This document shows positions 42,883 to 57,229 of a DNA stretch of 64,000 nt, in pieces. The notes below the pieces were generated by a model, which was not told where the DNA came from, made no database searches, and saw only the letters and a list, made by a program, of their open reading frames with translations. Position 1 is the stretch's first letter. Every line of letters begins with the position of its first letter. This DNA comes from the human T2T-CHM13v2.0 reference genome, Homo sapiens: assembly GCF_009914755.1 (NCBI RefSeq), contig NC_060929.1; one strand, 5' to 3'. A program made the translations under genes and the position numbers.

Positions 42883-45819
42883 TAGACACACATTCATTTT
42901 ATATTTGCATGAGAGTAACAATGTTACTATTTTGAAAATTATACTTTACATCTCTCTTGGCAGAGGATGAAAAATATCTAGCCAGACATATGCTAGAAAA
43001 CTAAAACTATTTATTATGTGAGTATTCAAGGAGAAGGAGGAAAGAGTTCTTATTTGTTAATCAGCTCTTGTGCTCTTCATTATTGTGAAGAGTCTGGGCC
43101 ATTGTCAAGTGGGAGGATTGGAAGAAGCAAGAAGAACTAAATTGATGCACATTAAAAAGAGCTGAGCCAGAGAACTGACAGGTGAAATAATGGAGAACCT
43201 TATAAGCTGTAGTCCAGTGGGAGGGTCATTATTTCTTTATTGAAATTGTTGAGAAGATTTTGGAGTACTTGTGATACAACAGAAATATAAAGATTGACAG
43301 TAATGGCCAAAAGAGACTATTAAAGGATTGTGTTGTACTTAATGAGAATATATTTTTGTGTATTTTTGTGAAGAAACTAACCACATAAAGACGTATGTGG
43401 TTTTTCTTTAAATATGTTAAAGCAACTTCTCAAGACAGAATATTTGTGAGCATGTTGTCCAAAGTTTCATTTAAATTTGCCACTAGGGAAATATACTTCT
43501 AAAAAAGACATTTCAAAATTTTATATTTAATAGAGAATTTTCTAGGGGAAAAAAGGTACTAGATTAAATTAACATAGTTATAAGAGGGGAAGAATTTGCT
43601 AATATTATTAGCATAGTAATTAGACTGGTTAAAGGATCTTGTGACTTTAAATATCTGATTTGAGGATTTGGGGCTGAGAACAAGCACAATAGCTGCCCCT
43701 GTTATAATCTAACCTCCCAGAAGTTTCTGTTCATCACTTCTAACAGTCAAGTTGGCTCCAGATTATCTTCCAGAAAATCATTCAAATTATTTTATTCAAA
43801 ATGATCGATAACATAACATTGGCTTTTCTCAGGGTTAGCAAAATGTATGTTTTATTGTGATAGCTTACTGGACTTTGTATGTGTTAAATGTAGATTAAGT
43901 GCTTAATACATTGCCTGACAGTAAACATTTAAAAAACAAAAAAAAAATTAGTTATTTCCTATGAATGAAACAAACATAAGTACTGAGTATGAATTGAATA
44001 ATAATTATAAAATTATAAACAAATGATAAAAAATTGAGGCACACACACTTATTTTACAATTTATCTATTCATCATTAACTCTATCAAATAACTGTTATTT
44101 GATAAAATAAATAACAGTTATTTGATAAAAATTATTTTAATTACTCCCCCAAATATTTCAAGGTCACCCTGAGCAACAGGCCGTATTTATTTCTTGGCAC
44201 ATAGCTTCCAAGAGGCTTTCATAAGCTGATTCCTACTCTGTTAGATATCAAATGTCTTCCACTCCTTCTCCAGCTATTTCTCAATTCTCACGTTCTGTGC
44301 AGTTTTCAACACCTATTTCACATACTAGCATTTCAGATAAGTGCTTCCTATCATCCAGCCTCAAGCAATTTCTTGCTTCTCTGATGTTCCCTGGCACCTT
44401 TTCTTACATTTTTGTTGACAGGCATTGCTTGCTACCATGTATTAAACATATTTACATCCTTCCTTCCCTATTAGGCCATAACCTCCTTTTATACAACATT
44501 TCATTTTCTAAATGATTGCATCTTAATTTTGCTTTGTTTCCTGAATCAATACTTTGCATCCATATTGTATAGTTAAGATTTTGCTGAACAGGAAAAGCAA
44601 TCAGACTTCCTCCGCACTCTGCTAAGAATGATGTGTGATGTGGTCATCCATCTCCACCACAAAAGTGGCAGTGATAGCTGTGTCTGTTCTTTCTGGTTTA
44701 CAGAAGAATACAGCCCTGGTCAGCTAACGGTGACATTGGAAGGATGGTAACAGCTGGTTGTACCCGTAGTCCTAAAAATTCTTGATAGGATCTCCTTCTC
44801 CACAGGTCAGAGGGCTGGAAGTTAATTATATTTTACAATCACATACCCCTAAAGCAACCACAACTTTTCAAGCAAGGAGCAGTATTTTTTCTTGCTTATA
44901 GACTGCTCTGCACAGAGTTTCAAACACAGGGACCAGAAGCACTATCTATGCCTCATTACCATTTAAATAGGCTGATCAATGAGAATTAGCATGTAATTTG
45001 AATTACAACACCCACCTCCTGCTTCTTAGAAGTGTTGGTCCTCCAACCTTTTTTGAGTAGTTGCTACATTTTCCAGAGAGGATTCACTCTTCAAATCTAA
45101 AAGCAGGTGTATGTCTGTGTTTTGGTGCAACAATTTAGATGGAGCCATTGATCCCTGATTCTGCCCAAACTTCATCTACATCCAATATAATCTATTGTCC
45201 TATTAAAATACAAAATTTGTAATAGCCACCTCAGCCAACTCCTTACAACAAATATTTTGATTCAATGTCATCCTTAGTTTTAAGTCTATACTTTCACTGC
45301 ATCAATTTAACCAGTAGACCTACAGCTATATTATCATGTCTCCACATAGGCAAATATACTGACAGGACCTAATTAACACTTATGGTAGAACTATTTTATA
45401 ATTTCACATACTTTGTCAGCTTTATTTATGTAGACGACCACCTCGAATATTTTTGAACTGCAAATTTTCCTATGTATATGGTGAAGATAGCAAAGAAGTA
45501 CTTTCTAGGATGCAGTTGTAATTGCCAGTCACCAGTATGTACTCTGGAACTGTAAGCAATTTCCAGCTGAGAGCTCGGAGAGTATTATTTAATGTTCAGA
45601 TGATATAAAATTCTCTCCTTTCAACTAGTAATTCTTTTGATCCTCAAGTAACTTTCCAACTCTAGGAATACATAATTTTGATGCAGTTGAAAAGGGAATG
45701 ATAGTGTTAGGCCGGCATATCCAATTCTGTAGGGTCTGGGGTTCATAAAATATTTTTATATCTGTGTTCCAATATTGTATTTTTTGTTCCATCATATTAT
45801 TTTCATTTAAAAGTGCTAT

Positions 45820-45980
45820 TTATTCTTGTTGAATGTTCTCTCTTCCTCAAATATTCAATGTCTCCTTGGGACATAGTAGACTTTATTTTTTTTTATGTTA
45901 CTATATCTTCATATGATAGTGTACTATCATAGTGCCTGGATCACAGTTAGCATTCACTACATATGAGTTGAGTGAATGGA
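45820..45980 (+). mobile_element. L2 3' end
   Basis: catagtgcctggatcacagttagcattca..ttgagtgaatgga. Confidence 0.55.
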
Positions 45981-46174
45981 CAATGGTATTTCCAAGTACT
46001 AACCTGAATAGGTTTTCATTCCCTATTAAACTCCATCAATTCCCTAGGCTACTCCAAATAAACATATTATACATAAAAAATTCAAAATTGGTTTGGATAT
46101 GCAAACTCAGGGAAATTTCTATAGCCTATTTTTCCATCCAGATTGCTACTCGTAGACTTCTGCTATGTAGCAAC

Positions 46175-46177
46175 AAA

Positions 46178-46216
<39 letters not shown>

Positions 46217-46219
46217 ATA
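46175..46219. repeat. (AAAT)n tetranucleotide STR
   Basis: About 11 perfect units. Confidence 0.95.
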
Positions 46220-47219
46220 CGTGAAAACTGTATAGCCAGCAGACAAATTAAAGAGGATTCCAATGATGTCATAAAATGGTATAGTGCTCTCTAGAGCCAC
46301 TTTTAAGATGATTAGGATTTGGAATTCATAGATCTCTTATTTGGAAATGTGTAGGTTGAGGACCCAGTCCTCAAATAGTTATTTATTGGAATTATTTTAA
46401 CTTTAAATATTAAATAATTATATGCTATATTTCCTGTGCATCTATAGTTATTTAAAAATGTAAATAATTAGATAGAAATGATATAAATCCATTTTAGTTA
46501 TCAAAATTTTTTTATGTTTTTGTTTTCATACAGAAATGGTACACTATTTAGTTTCTGTAATAATCTTGTGTTTGCAAGAATTTGGGATGATAGTATTTAT
46601 AGAATTATTCAAGGTGGCAAGAAAGCAGTAACATCAAAAACAACAAGAAAGTAGGAAGATTTATTTGGATTTTTTTGTTGAAACATACTTTTTAATGGTG
46701 ATATAGCCAATGTATTTAATTAGAGTATGAGCTATTTTCTTATTTTATTGACCCATTATTTTGTGTAAACATTCACACACAAATTGAATTATATTTCCTA
46801 TATGTGCCTAAAGGTCCCAGTCATGTTTCCATGTTCAGGCTACAATCACTCTAAAGAAATTCTTTCTTCAGTAACCTTAGAAATCTAATTTAACCATTAT
46901 ATGCTCAATGTATTTTTCTCTAATCTCATCAGCTAAACAAATTTTCTTACTCCTCTGAATCCCCCCTTTTAAAATGTGTATACTCTCCTTGGAACTGAAA
47001 TAATTGTCTACCACATGTAAAACTATTATAGGCATCATTATGTTCCCTTTTGAACCATGTTCTCCCAGAGGGCAAGATACATCAGTTAATCCCCTTTATA
47101 TTTTGGAGCCTCTAGTTGACAAGTATTTTTGAAAGAGTTAATGAGAATTTACATTTACATCCCAAAATATCTATCTTGGTTTCCCAACATTCACACTTAT
47201 CATTCAAAACTTGTGAAAT

Positions 47220-47297
47220 GGAGAGACAGAAGAAAAAAGAGAGAGGAAGAGAATGGAGGGGGGGGGGGGGGGAGAAAGAGACACAGAGACACAGAGA
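47220..47297. repeat. GA-rich tract with a ~15-nt poly-G run
   Basis: Seen directly. Confidence 0.8.
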
Positions 47298-49179
47298 ATC
47301 TTATAATATACCTCTGACTTTGCCCAATTTAAATGTTTCATATTGTACTGTGCTGGAAATAAAGTTCATGCCAGCAGGTTCAAAGTTTTAAATTATTAGA
47401 AACAATTGTTATCCTAAGGAACTACTATATATACGGTCAGAATGGTAAAATGATTTTTGTTAGAAATCACATTTAAATTAAAGTCATTTATTATGGATGT
47501 AGTCTGTACTCTGAAGTGCTGAATATAGTACTTAGTCAGCTGGAGTTCTAACCCAATTTATTTCTTTACTAGCAGTCAGTCTGGAAGTAGCAGAATATCT
47601 GGGGACTCATTGTCTGAACCAAAAATAAAATTTGTTGCTTTTTTTAAAAACCCAATGCTAAAATACAGTCACTATTTTTTATAGTTCTTATTATTCCTAC
47701 ATATTTATATAGCTCATATAAAATTTTACATTAAATTATTAACTAATAATATGAAATAAATTATTAATTTTAAAGATTGTGAAAAATTACTACTAATGGT
47801 GAAAAGAGGAAAATCCATGGAGGACAAATTGATATAGCCAGAATTATTTTTTTCCTCTTCTAAAATCGATACCATTTTTATATATCTGTAGCTAAACATA
47901 AAAAAAATTTCAACTTAATTGTGTTAAAAGTATGATAATCCTTCCTGTAATTTGAGAAAATTTAATCTAAATAAAGATCAGCTGTTCTACTGCTAGGGTA
48001 TGATATTAGCTATTCTAGAGCTATTTCCTCAATTTATCAGTAAGAATTTATGTAAATTTATGTAAACTGTATTGTAGTTTAGAGATAGGTTGTGATTTAT
48101 TTATTTAGGGCTCTTATAAAGTTTAAAATTGTTGGAGAGGGCAGAAGAATATGAAGAAAATGAGTTAAAAACAAAACAAAACAAATAAAGTAATAAAAAT
48201 AATTGTATTATTTATAAATTTTACAATATCAAAATGAAAATATTCCTCCATTAACCTATGGATTATTTTTCTCCATAAGTATGTTAAAGTCTTTAACTAT
48301 TACTGAATCAGCAATTTAACAGATTTAATCACACAAGAGGATGTAGTCAGCCTTCTATGATTGATAATACAATGACTTACCTTAATTTTTTCATCAATAT
48401 TTTAGGAAAATGACAGCAAACAAGTAACAGCATAATAACAAAGAAGACAACCATACGCATATACTCACATGCATTTTTTTCTCTCTACACACAAAAATCT
48501 GACAAAAATCTGCTCAAAACTCATAGATGACATCACTTCTGAGAGGTAACTTTCTAAAGCAGATAAAAAATGTCTTAGTATGATAGATGCCTCTCAAATA
48601 TGCATAAAAGAGATAGAATTTTTCTCTTTTGCTCATTAGTTCATTAATATTCAGTGTATCTCCATTTTTCAGAAGATAGGGGGATCCATGAGGACATGTG
48701 TACTCTTATTTGTTTCCTTTTAGTATCGCCTAGCTCAAGTTGTCATATATGCAAAGCACTCAGTAATTAAGTTTAAATAAATAGCTTTCTTTGTAAACAA
48801 ATCTGTTATTAAGATAAACTTAACTATTTTATTTATTTTTACTCTATGTTTGCTACAGATATAAGGAAATTAAGATAAAAATGTAACTTATTATTGTCCT
48901 AACAAATGATGACTTCTGCTAAAGTTTTTGTATTAATATATGCACATTTTTCCATAACATTTAGAAAAATGGGACTGTACACTTTTGTAATTGCCATTTC
49001 TCACTTGTTTGTATCTGCAGTTTCTCACTTCTCATTTCAAAATATAAACATGCATTATCACTTTAAATTCTACAGTGTGTTTAATCTACATTTTATCATT
49101 TTTAATACTGTGATTAATAATATTTTGCTTATATAGGACTATACTTAATTATTTCCTCATGATGAATTCACTAAAGTGA

Positions 49180-51545
49180 ATTTAGGGTCCAACATGTAAG
49201 AAACTTGGAAGTCATCAAACATGTCCTAGATGCAAAAAAAAAAGGAGAGCAAACTGAAAATAAGCAACTCTACTTCGATTCATCAGAGAATTGAGGTCAC
49301 AGAGCAAACTGTTGTCCATCCCCACCAAAACTGGGGGGACAGAAAGGTAGATATAGAGAATCACATTTTATTAGAGCAAAAGTCCAGAAAGAGAAACCAC
49401 AGTCAGAGCCAGACCAGGATAGGAGAAAAAGAAAGAAAAAAGAAAAAGAAAAGAACTGTAATTAATGAATTGCTGGAAGTTCCGTATATGCTGTAAACCA
49501 AAAATAAATTTTCAAGTGCTCCTCTCAGCCAAGGCATTCCAAAGTTAACCTGAAAAACTAGTTCAGGCCATGATGGGAAGGGATAGCTGGACATGCCTCA
49601 TTATACTCTCCTCCCTTTTGGAATTACTGATAGAACAGGCTCTTTAAGTCTGATAAGAAACATTTACAGTCTATTCTCTGTGAAGCCTGCTAAGTGGAGG
49701 CTTCATCTGCATGATAAAACCTTGCTTGGTCTCTACAATCCCTTATTGTAATCCAGACATTTCTTTCTATTGGTAATAACTCTTCCAAGCAATTGCTAAT
49801 CATAAAATATTTAAATCTACCTGTGACATGAAAGCCCCTGCTTCCAGTCAGCCTGCCTTTCTGGACCAAACCAGAAATATGTACCATACATGCAAGGTAC
49901 ATCTTACATGTATTGATTGATGTTGCATATCTCCCTAAAATGTATAAAACCAAGCTGTACCCCAACCACCTTGGGCACATGTTGTTAGGACATCCTGAGA
50001 CTGTGTCACTTGGCAAAATGAACTCTCTAAATTGATTGAGACCTGTCTCAGATACTTTTGGTTTACAATATAAAATGAGTCTTAAAATTTTGGTGGGGCC
50101 CCATCTTAAGAAGGTCACCACATTTGTGTCTGTTTTGCCTCCAAGAGCTCTACCAGGTTGACTCAGTGAAGAGCAGATAAAAAGCCCCAATACCATGTCT
50201 CTGGCACTGGGAGGGAAAAAGCAGCCATTTTGAAATAAACTAAGAGCTTCTCTTTTCCTTAACAAAGCCTGCAATCAAGGGAAAGGATTTTACTAAACAC
50301 AAATTGAGTGGGGTTTTCCCAAGGCCTAAGCAACGTGGGGAAAGGAAAATACTCAACCCCAGTCCACTCTAGGCATCCATGTGAAGGAAGATACCCATCT
50401 CCATCCCTCTCTAGTCTTCCTGTCCCACTTACGGAGAAGACAAAACAAAATACAACCAAATAGCTGGGCACTAATGAATAAACAGTCTTACCGAAAGACT
50501 GAGATCTAATTGCAGAACTGTAGTATACTTTCCCTCACCTCACACCTTACAACTATATCAATAGGCTTCTATATAATAATAGAAGATTACAACTAAAAAA
50601 ATTGCAAGTATCAGGCTACTTAAGAAATTTCTTTGGAAACTCAAAGAAAAAAAGGGAAACAAAAACAAGGACATCAGAGGAAATTTTAGCCTCTGATACC
50701 TGTAGGTATAGCGAATGGTAAACACAGACTAACACCTAGCCAGCAAAACATAAAACCTCACACTAAAGACCTTTATACCTCAGTTCCTTTTACCTAGTAC
50801 ATCATATCCTGCTTTCAGTAAAAACAACAAAAAAATCAAAAAGCATACTAAGACACAAAAAACACAGTTTTAAGAGAAAGGACAAACGTCAGAGCCAGAT
50901 TCAAAAATGGCAGAGATTTTAGAGTAGTTAGCCTAGCTATTTAAAATAATTATGATTAATATCCTAAGGGCTCTAATGAAAAAAAAAAGAACCACATGCC
51001 AGAGCAGATGGGTAATGTAAGCAAAGAAATGGAAACCCTAAGAGACAAAAGGAAATGCTAGAAATAAAAAATACTGTAGGAGAAATTAACAATGCATTTA
51101 ATGAGCTCATCTGTAGATTGGACATGGCCAAGGAAATATCAATTAGCTTGAAGACATGTCAACAGATACTTTCAAAACTGAAATGCAAATAGAAAACATT
51201 TAGAAAGATGAAACAAAATATTCAAAGACTGTGGGAACAATTACAAAAAGAGTAACATATGCATGTAGGAATATTAGGAAAAGAGAGACAAAATAAATAT
51301 TTGAAGTAATAATGACATAGGATTTTTATTAAAATTAATGACATCAAACCACAGATCCAGGAGGTCCAGAGAAACAGGACAAATATCAAAATATCTATAA
51401 TGCAGAAAATCAAAGACAAAAGGAAAGTCTTGAAGGAAATCAGAGATAAAAACACCTTATCTATACAGGATGAAAAAACACCATATCTATATAGGATGAA
51501 GGATAAGAATTACAGTGAATTTCTCATTAGAATCCAAAACAAAAA
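49180..51545 (+). mobile_element. Old L1M (L1MC/MD-type) 5' region and ORF1 remnant, interrupted by MER4
   Basis: gagcagatgggtaatgtaagcaaagaaatggaaacc..atgagctcatctgtagattggacatggc..aaaccacagatccaggagg ORF1-like sequence. Confidence 0.75.
49492..50067 (+). mobile_element. MER4-family solo LTR (ERV1)
   Basis: TGTAAACCAAAA..TTTTGGTTTACA inverted termini; aaaatgtataaaaccaagctgtaccccaaccaccttgggcacatgt. Confidence 0.88.
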
Positions 51546-51590
51546 GAGTGTGTACCCTATCGATGTCTCAGTTTTCACTTCATGTATCCC

Positions 51591-51891
51591 TTTTTTTTTT
51601 TTTTTTTCTCAGACGGAGTCTCACTCTGTCATCCAGGCTGGAGTGCTGTGGTGCAAACTCTGTTCAATTCAACCTCTGCCTCCCGGGTTTAAGAGATTCT
51701 TTTGTCTCAACCCCCTGAGTAGCAGGGATTACAGGCATGTACCACCACGCCTGGCTAATTTTTGTATTTTTAGTAGAGATGGGGTTTCATCATTTTGGCC
51801 AGGCTGGTCTCGAAATCCTGGCCTCAAGCGATCCACACACTTAGGCTTCTCAAAGTGCCAGGATTACAGGTGTCACCCTTCGTGCCTGGCC
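51591..51891 (-). mobile_element. Alu (AluSz/Jb-like)
   Basis: Antisense dimer; TSD catgtatccc / catttatccc. Confidence 0.93.
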
Positions 51892-51904
51892 CATTTATCC
51901 CATT

Positions 51905-52975
51905 TTTAAATAGCTGTTCAAAGATTTCTATCTAGGATGAGTTGCTTGACTCTCCCTTAGTTTTTGCTTTTTGTCATTCTCTTGTGAATCATCTTAATTT
52001 TCTTAGCTATTATTGCTTCAAGGCCCTTTCAGCTGACAGAGAAAGAAAAAAAAAAGATATATATATACATACGTGTATATATACTCTGTGTGTGTATACA
52101 CAAACACACACACACTATATATATATATATGCACACACACATATGCATACTCACACACACATACTACATATATAGATATATATATATAAAGTGTGAAACC
52201 TGGCCCCACTATCCACCATCCATTTACTTAATTGTTCTCATCTATATACCAATATAGAAGTACAAGAATTATTATCGTCCTCCCCTAAGGGAAACAATTT
52301 TATCAACTGAAGTATAGTTCTTAAGTACAATTTCTTTTATCTTTATTTTTACAGACTCAATTTCCAAAGTTATATAGGTAAGCACCATTTCCCCAACTCT
52401 CTTCAGTAAGGTAATTTTATGCATTTATCGTATATTTATATTTTGTCAAGTTTTGCATTTCAATCTGGGATCCTCTGACTTACTAAGTGGTTATATTTTC
52501 CTAATTTGGGTGCATTAAGATTAACTCTATATACTATATAGTTCTATGGGTTTTGACAATAAGAATAGTGTCATATACTCCCTAATACAATATCACACAG
52601 AATAATTTCACCACCTTAAAATATCCTTGCTTCATTTACTTAACAATCTTTCCCTCCCTCAATTCCTCGGCAACTAGTGATCATCTAACCATCTCTTTAG
52701 TTTTTTATTTTTCAGAATATCATGTAATTGGTATGATACAATATGTAGCCTTTTAAATGGCTCTTTCACTTAGTAATATGCCTTTAAGATTCCTTCATGT
52801 CTTTTTATGGCTTACTAGCTCATTCTCTTCAAATATTGTTGAATAATATTCTGCTATATGAATATATCACAGTTTGTTTATCCATTTACCCATTGAAAGG
52901 CATCTTGGTTGTTTCTAGCTTTAAGTGACTATGTAAAACAGCTACAAATATCTGTTTTTGGTTTTGTATAAGTCA
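51905..52975 (-). mobile_element. L1MD/L1MC-type 3' fragment containing a (TA)/(CA) microsatellite (52056-52188)
   Basis: gttctatgggttttgacaa..cacagtttgtttatccatttacccattgaaaggcatcttggttgtttc. Confidence 0.75.
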
Positions 52976-54004
52976 TATAAATCCTTTTGCCACCAAACAG
53001 AATATTGACAATTGATTTGTATTCCTAATTATTAAAAGTGTTTTAGTTAGGGTATGTAAAATTAGTATCTGAATATTGCATAATTATAGTAAATCCTTCA
53101 AGATGATTATTTTATAGAAAGCAATATAAAGTTAATTGATGAAAAACAATTACTACTTTGGAAACTTTTGAATATAAATTTTACAAACTATGTCTGCTTT
53201 GGAATTTTTTACATGCCACCTTAACAATACCTGTTCTTCAAAATATTCTTTCTGAAAGCCAGACTTATATATTATTGAATTTATCATGGTGGATGCAAGG
53301 AAAATGATTGGGTCAGGCTTGTCTTAGGGTTGCCAGCATCAAACATATGAAGTTATTATAACCAAGGTCTACAAAAAGTCATAAAGAAGCAGACTTGAGA
53401 AAAATGAAGGGAGCCTGTGAAAGTTACTGTACTATTTGTTCACTATGAAGAGGTTGGGGAATGATCACTGACCTCTAAGTAACAGAGAATGGAACTCATC
53501 TTTCACTTCTGAATGAGCTCCTCACTGTAATTGATGGCATTTCCTGAAATGGCTGCGATCATTAGGGCTCCAGTGACTGAATTAAAAGAAAATGAAAGAT
53601 GCAGATGGCTGTAATAAAGCAGGAAAATGCATTTCTTCCTGGTGACAGATACAACTGATCATTTTACAAGGAAGTGCTTTACTAAAAGTGTTTCAGCTAT
53701 GTAGTTCTCAGGGAAAATGAAGAGTAATGTAAAAATTGGACAAGATGAAACTGGCTGTTTCATTCCAGATATTGACTGCACAAGTCACTTTTAATAAATC
53801 AGCTGCTTATGGTACCTAAGACAGCAGTTTGTTAATATTATGAGGCACTACAAAATGTTCTCTTTGGTTAGGCAATCTTTGAGCGTCACATGATAAACTT
53901 AAAAGTTTTATTTAATTTTTTATTTGCTATATGTTTTTCGAATTATCAACACTTGAAGTAGTAGACATATTTGTTTGGAAACAGCTTTGATCATCTAAAA
54001 GATT

Positions 54005-54225
54005 CAAGGGTCAGCAATCTTTTCCTGGAAATGTCCAGATAATACTTATTTTAGACCTTTGTGGGCAATATAGTCTCTGAAACAACTGCTCAACTCTGTA
54101 GTTGTAGCGGGAAAGCATATGCAGGCAATGATAAAGGAATGGGTATGACTGTGTTTCAATAAAACTTTACAAAAACAACGTACAACTGGATTTGGCCTTC
54201 ATACTGTAATTTGTGAATCTGTAAT
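54005..54225 (+). mobile_element. MER58A-like hAT-Charlie MITE
   Basis: caagggtcagcaa..caactgctcaactctg..tgtgtttcaataaaacttta..ggatttggcc. Confidence 0.75.
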
Positions 54226-55744
54226 CTAAAAAATCTATTCAGCATACCAAATGATGTTGTGAATAACAACAATTAGAAATCTTAAAAGCTTTCTACACTG
54301 AAATAAATAAAATGCTAAAGCTAAATATTTTAGTCTTCTACTAGAAATAGGGATATGAGCATTTATAGCATTTAAATAAATACGGAATACTGTTTTAAAA
54401 GAACCACAGCTTAATGACAACCTGTATTTTTCAGCCATGAGAAAAAAAAACACTGTTATATTAAATGGAGTTTTAATAAGTATAGTTTTTTTTGGTTTGT
54501 TTGTTTTTTAGCTTGAAGAGATTCTGTGTGTCATACTCTGAAAAGATTACTCTCAGAGTCAGAATTGTTCATTCTATTATTTCCTAGACATTGACTTACC
54601 ACCTTCACACTTCCCCTTTCAATACCTAAATTAAGAGAAGCGCTCCTTTCTTTTGTCAAGTTCAAAGATGTTCGTGAACTGTCTCATTTTTGGGATTCAA
54701 TTTCTTAGAAGTCCTTTAGTTCTTCCCCAGGGCTGAGGAGATAACAGCTGTCTTTTGCTTTGATTATGTAGTTCCTTATCTATCAGGAATCTCTTTAGTT
54801 TAATTCAAAAAAAGCTGAGTTCTCCCCGGTAGCCACCTTGCCCATCACTACCTCAACGGTAAGTGAGAAAAGATGGTAAGGTGTTTTCAGTCTAGAAATC
54901 TTTGTTGGGTCAAAAGTTTAAAACCTTTTCCCAAGAAGCTTGCTGGAAACCTAAAAATGCTATTTTGAAGTATTTATGAAATGCTAGTTTGTCAAAAAAG
55001 TAATCATAAATACTGCTTTAGAAAAAGTATAGAATAAAAACCTGTTTTTCATCTGGTTTTAATGTTACAAGCTTCCATCAAACATTGATGTTTACTTTCC
55101 AAGAAAGGTATTTAACAACACACATGGGTTCAAGGTGTACAGAACATAATTTAATCTTTTGAAACATTATTGCATATGAACTCAAAAATACCCTTTTGGT
55201 ACAATAGCTATCAATTTTTGAATAAATCATTTTGTAAAAATATTTTAGAGCAAAAAAATGATTTTAGATTATGGGCTAGCTAGACTATCAAGGACTCTTT
55301 TAGCACATATTCTCTCTAACAGTCCAAAATGCACAATGTGTAAATTCCAGTCATCTAACTTCTGGCTTTGCAGAACACAGAATACTACTGTTAAAATTCC
55401 AAGAACTGGTATTCAAACATTACATCAACAAAATACCATTTTTCTCATTACAAATCTTAATGTGTTAGTTACAGAAAACATACAAAGTAAGAACATCATA
55501 AATTTTAGAGACTATTATTACTGATACATAGTATAATACATTTAATTGTAAGAGATAATAGAACCAAGTCCCTTTGGAACCAAAAAAAAAATCATTGGGG
55601 ATGTAATCTATCTACATTATAATGATTTCTTTTGTCTAAATCTAGTTACATGAAATTAAATGAGGTAATGACTGTGGAAATAAGTGGGAGAATTTAAAAG
55701 TTCAAATGGTAGTTAACAGAAACAAGAAAAATCTGGCTATAATT

Positions 55745-55820
55745 GTGTATATATATGTATGTATGTATGTATATATGTATGTACACATACATGTATATGT
55801 ATATACAGAGAAAGAGAGAG
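55745..55820. repeat. (TA)/(TATG) microsatellite
   Basis: Seen directly. Confidence 0.8.
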
Positions 55821-55959
55821 TCCTTAAGAGTAAAAAAAATAAGGATTTAGCTATTAATGGGGCCAAAAGTGACCTCTGTAAAAGAACTCTAGAGCAGCAT
55901 TCAGTAAAACTACAGAAATAAGGAGTATATATATACATAATATATATATTATATATATA

Positions 55960-56262
55960 ATGGCCCACAAACTAAGTTTGGGCTACTGTCTGTTTTTATA
56001 TAGCTAATGTACTACAATTTTTTTTTTTACCTATTTAAATTGTTTTAAAAGAGGCAAAAATATATTTTGTGGCATATGACGATTATGTAAAATTTAAATT
56101 TTAGTGTTCAGAAATGAAATTTGAATTTCATCAATTAAAAATTGTATGGAAACTTCTTTTTTTTCATTTAAGCATCTACTTATACCCTTGATTTTACCTC
56201 TTGGCTTTCCTGAAATATTTACTATCTGCCCTTTATGAAAAAAAAAAGTTTTCCGATTCCCA
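55960..56262 (-). mobile_element. MER58B/C-like hAT MITE
   Basis: tggcccaca..aaatatttactatctgccctttatgaaaaaa..ttt.ccgattccc. Confidence 0.6.
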
Positions 56263-56679
56263 CTAAAGCATATCTTCTAAGATCAAGGTGTTTCCACAAC
56301 TCCAGTTCTTTACCGTAAGTTTGTGTCACTCTCTTGCTTCTTAGAAAATTGAGGGTATTTATTCTTTCATATCTATCTTTTCTGGGGAAACTTAAAATTA
56401 TGTTAAAAGTCACAGACAAACTTGTTTTTCAAAATTCTGTGATTGGAAAATCATAATACATATTGAACATTTTTCTTTAAAATAAATTTCAAGTTTGAGG
56501 TATCTATTAATATAATGAGAAACAGAAGCCAAAATATGGAAAGATTGTGTTAGAAAAATTGAATAAATTTCTTTACTTATATATAATAGAGGTCTTAATC
56601 CCTGGGTAATCCCAAGTGTTGCAATTTCCTGGGAGTTGTCCAGACATATAAAACTAAAGTAAAAATTGGATTGAACACC

Positions 56680-57229
56680 TATGGTAAGAAAATTTGAAGA
56701 TGTACTAAAAATTTCCCACCCCTGGTGTTCATGCCCTGTATAATCCCTTTTCTTTTAAACTGGACAAGACCAGTGAATATAATGAGATTTCACTCTGATG
56801 ATTAGATTATGTTATATGGCACAGTCGGTTTTAAGAAAAGAAGATTATCTGGGTGAGCTGACTTAATCACATGAGCCTTTTAAATCTGGGTCTACACATC
56901 AGAGAGAAAATCAGTGATTCAAAGCAACAAGAGGAAGGCTTTAGGAGTTCAGAACCGCCTGGAGTCAATATACAAGAAAATAGTGACATTAGTTCTATAA
57001 CCTCAAGGAACTGAATTCTGCCATGACCTGAATGAGCTTTAAGACAATGAAGTCTCAGATGAGATATCAGCTCTGGCTGACACCTTGATTTCAAACTTGT
57101 GAAACCATAATCAGAGCAACCATGCTATGCCAGATTACTGACACAGAAATTGTGAAATATTAACACATTTGTGTTGTTTTAAGCTTCTAAATTTGTAGTG
57201 AGTTGCAACGCAGCAATGGACAACTGACA
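56680..57229 (+). mobile_element. MLT1E/F-type MaLR solo LTR
   Basis: cccctggtgttcatgccctgtataatccc..ggctgacaccttgatttca..gttgttttaagc..cagcaatggacaactgacaca. Confidence 0.85.

Noticed and set aside
44690-44810. Possible small exon(s)
   Set aside because: Weak donor sites and no recognisable coding signal.
49690-50274. 194-aa minus-strand ORF
   Set aside because: Spans a MER4 LTR/L1 junction antisense, non-ATG start, no recognisable domain.
49180-52975. Twin-priming L1 inversion
   Set aside because: The two L1M pieces are convergent with the 3' end internal, not the twin-priming layout; no shared TSD seen.
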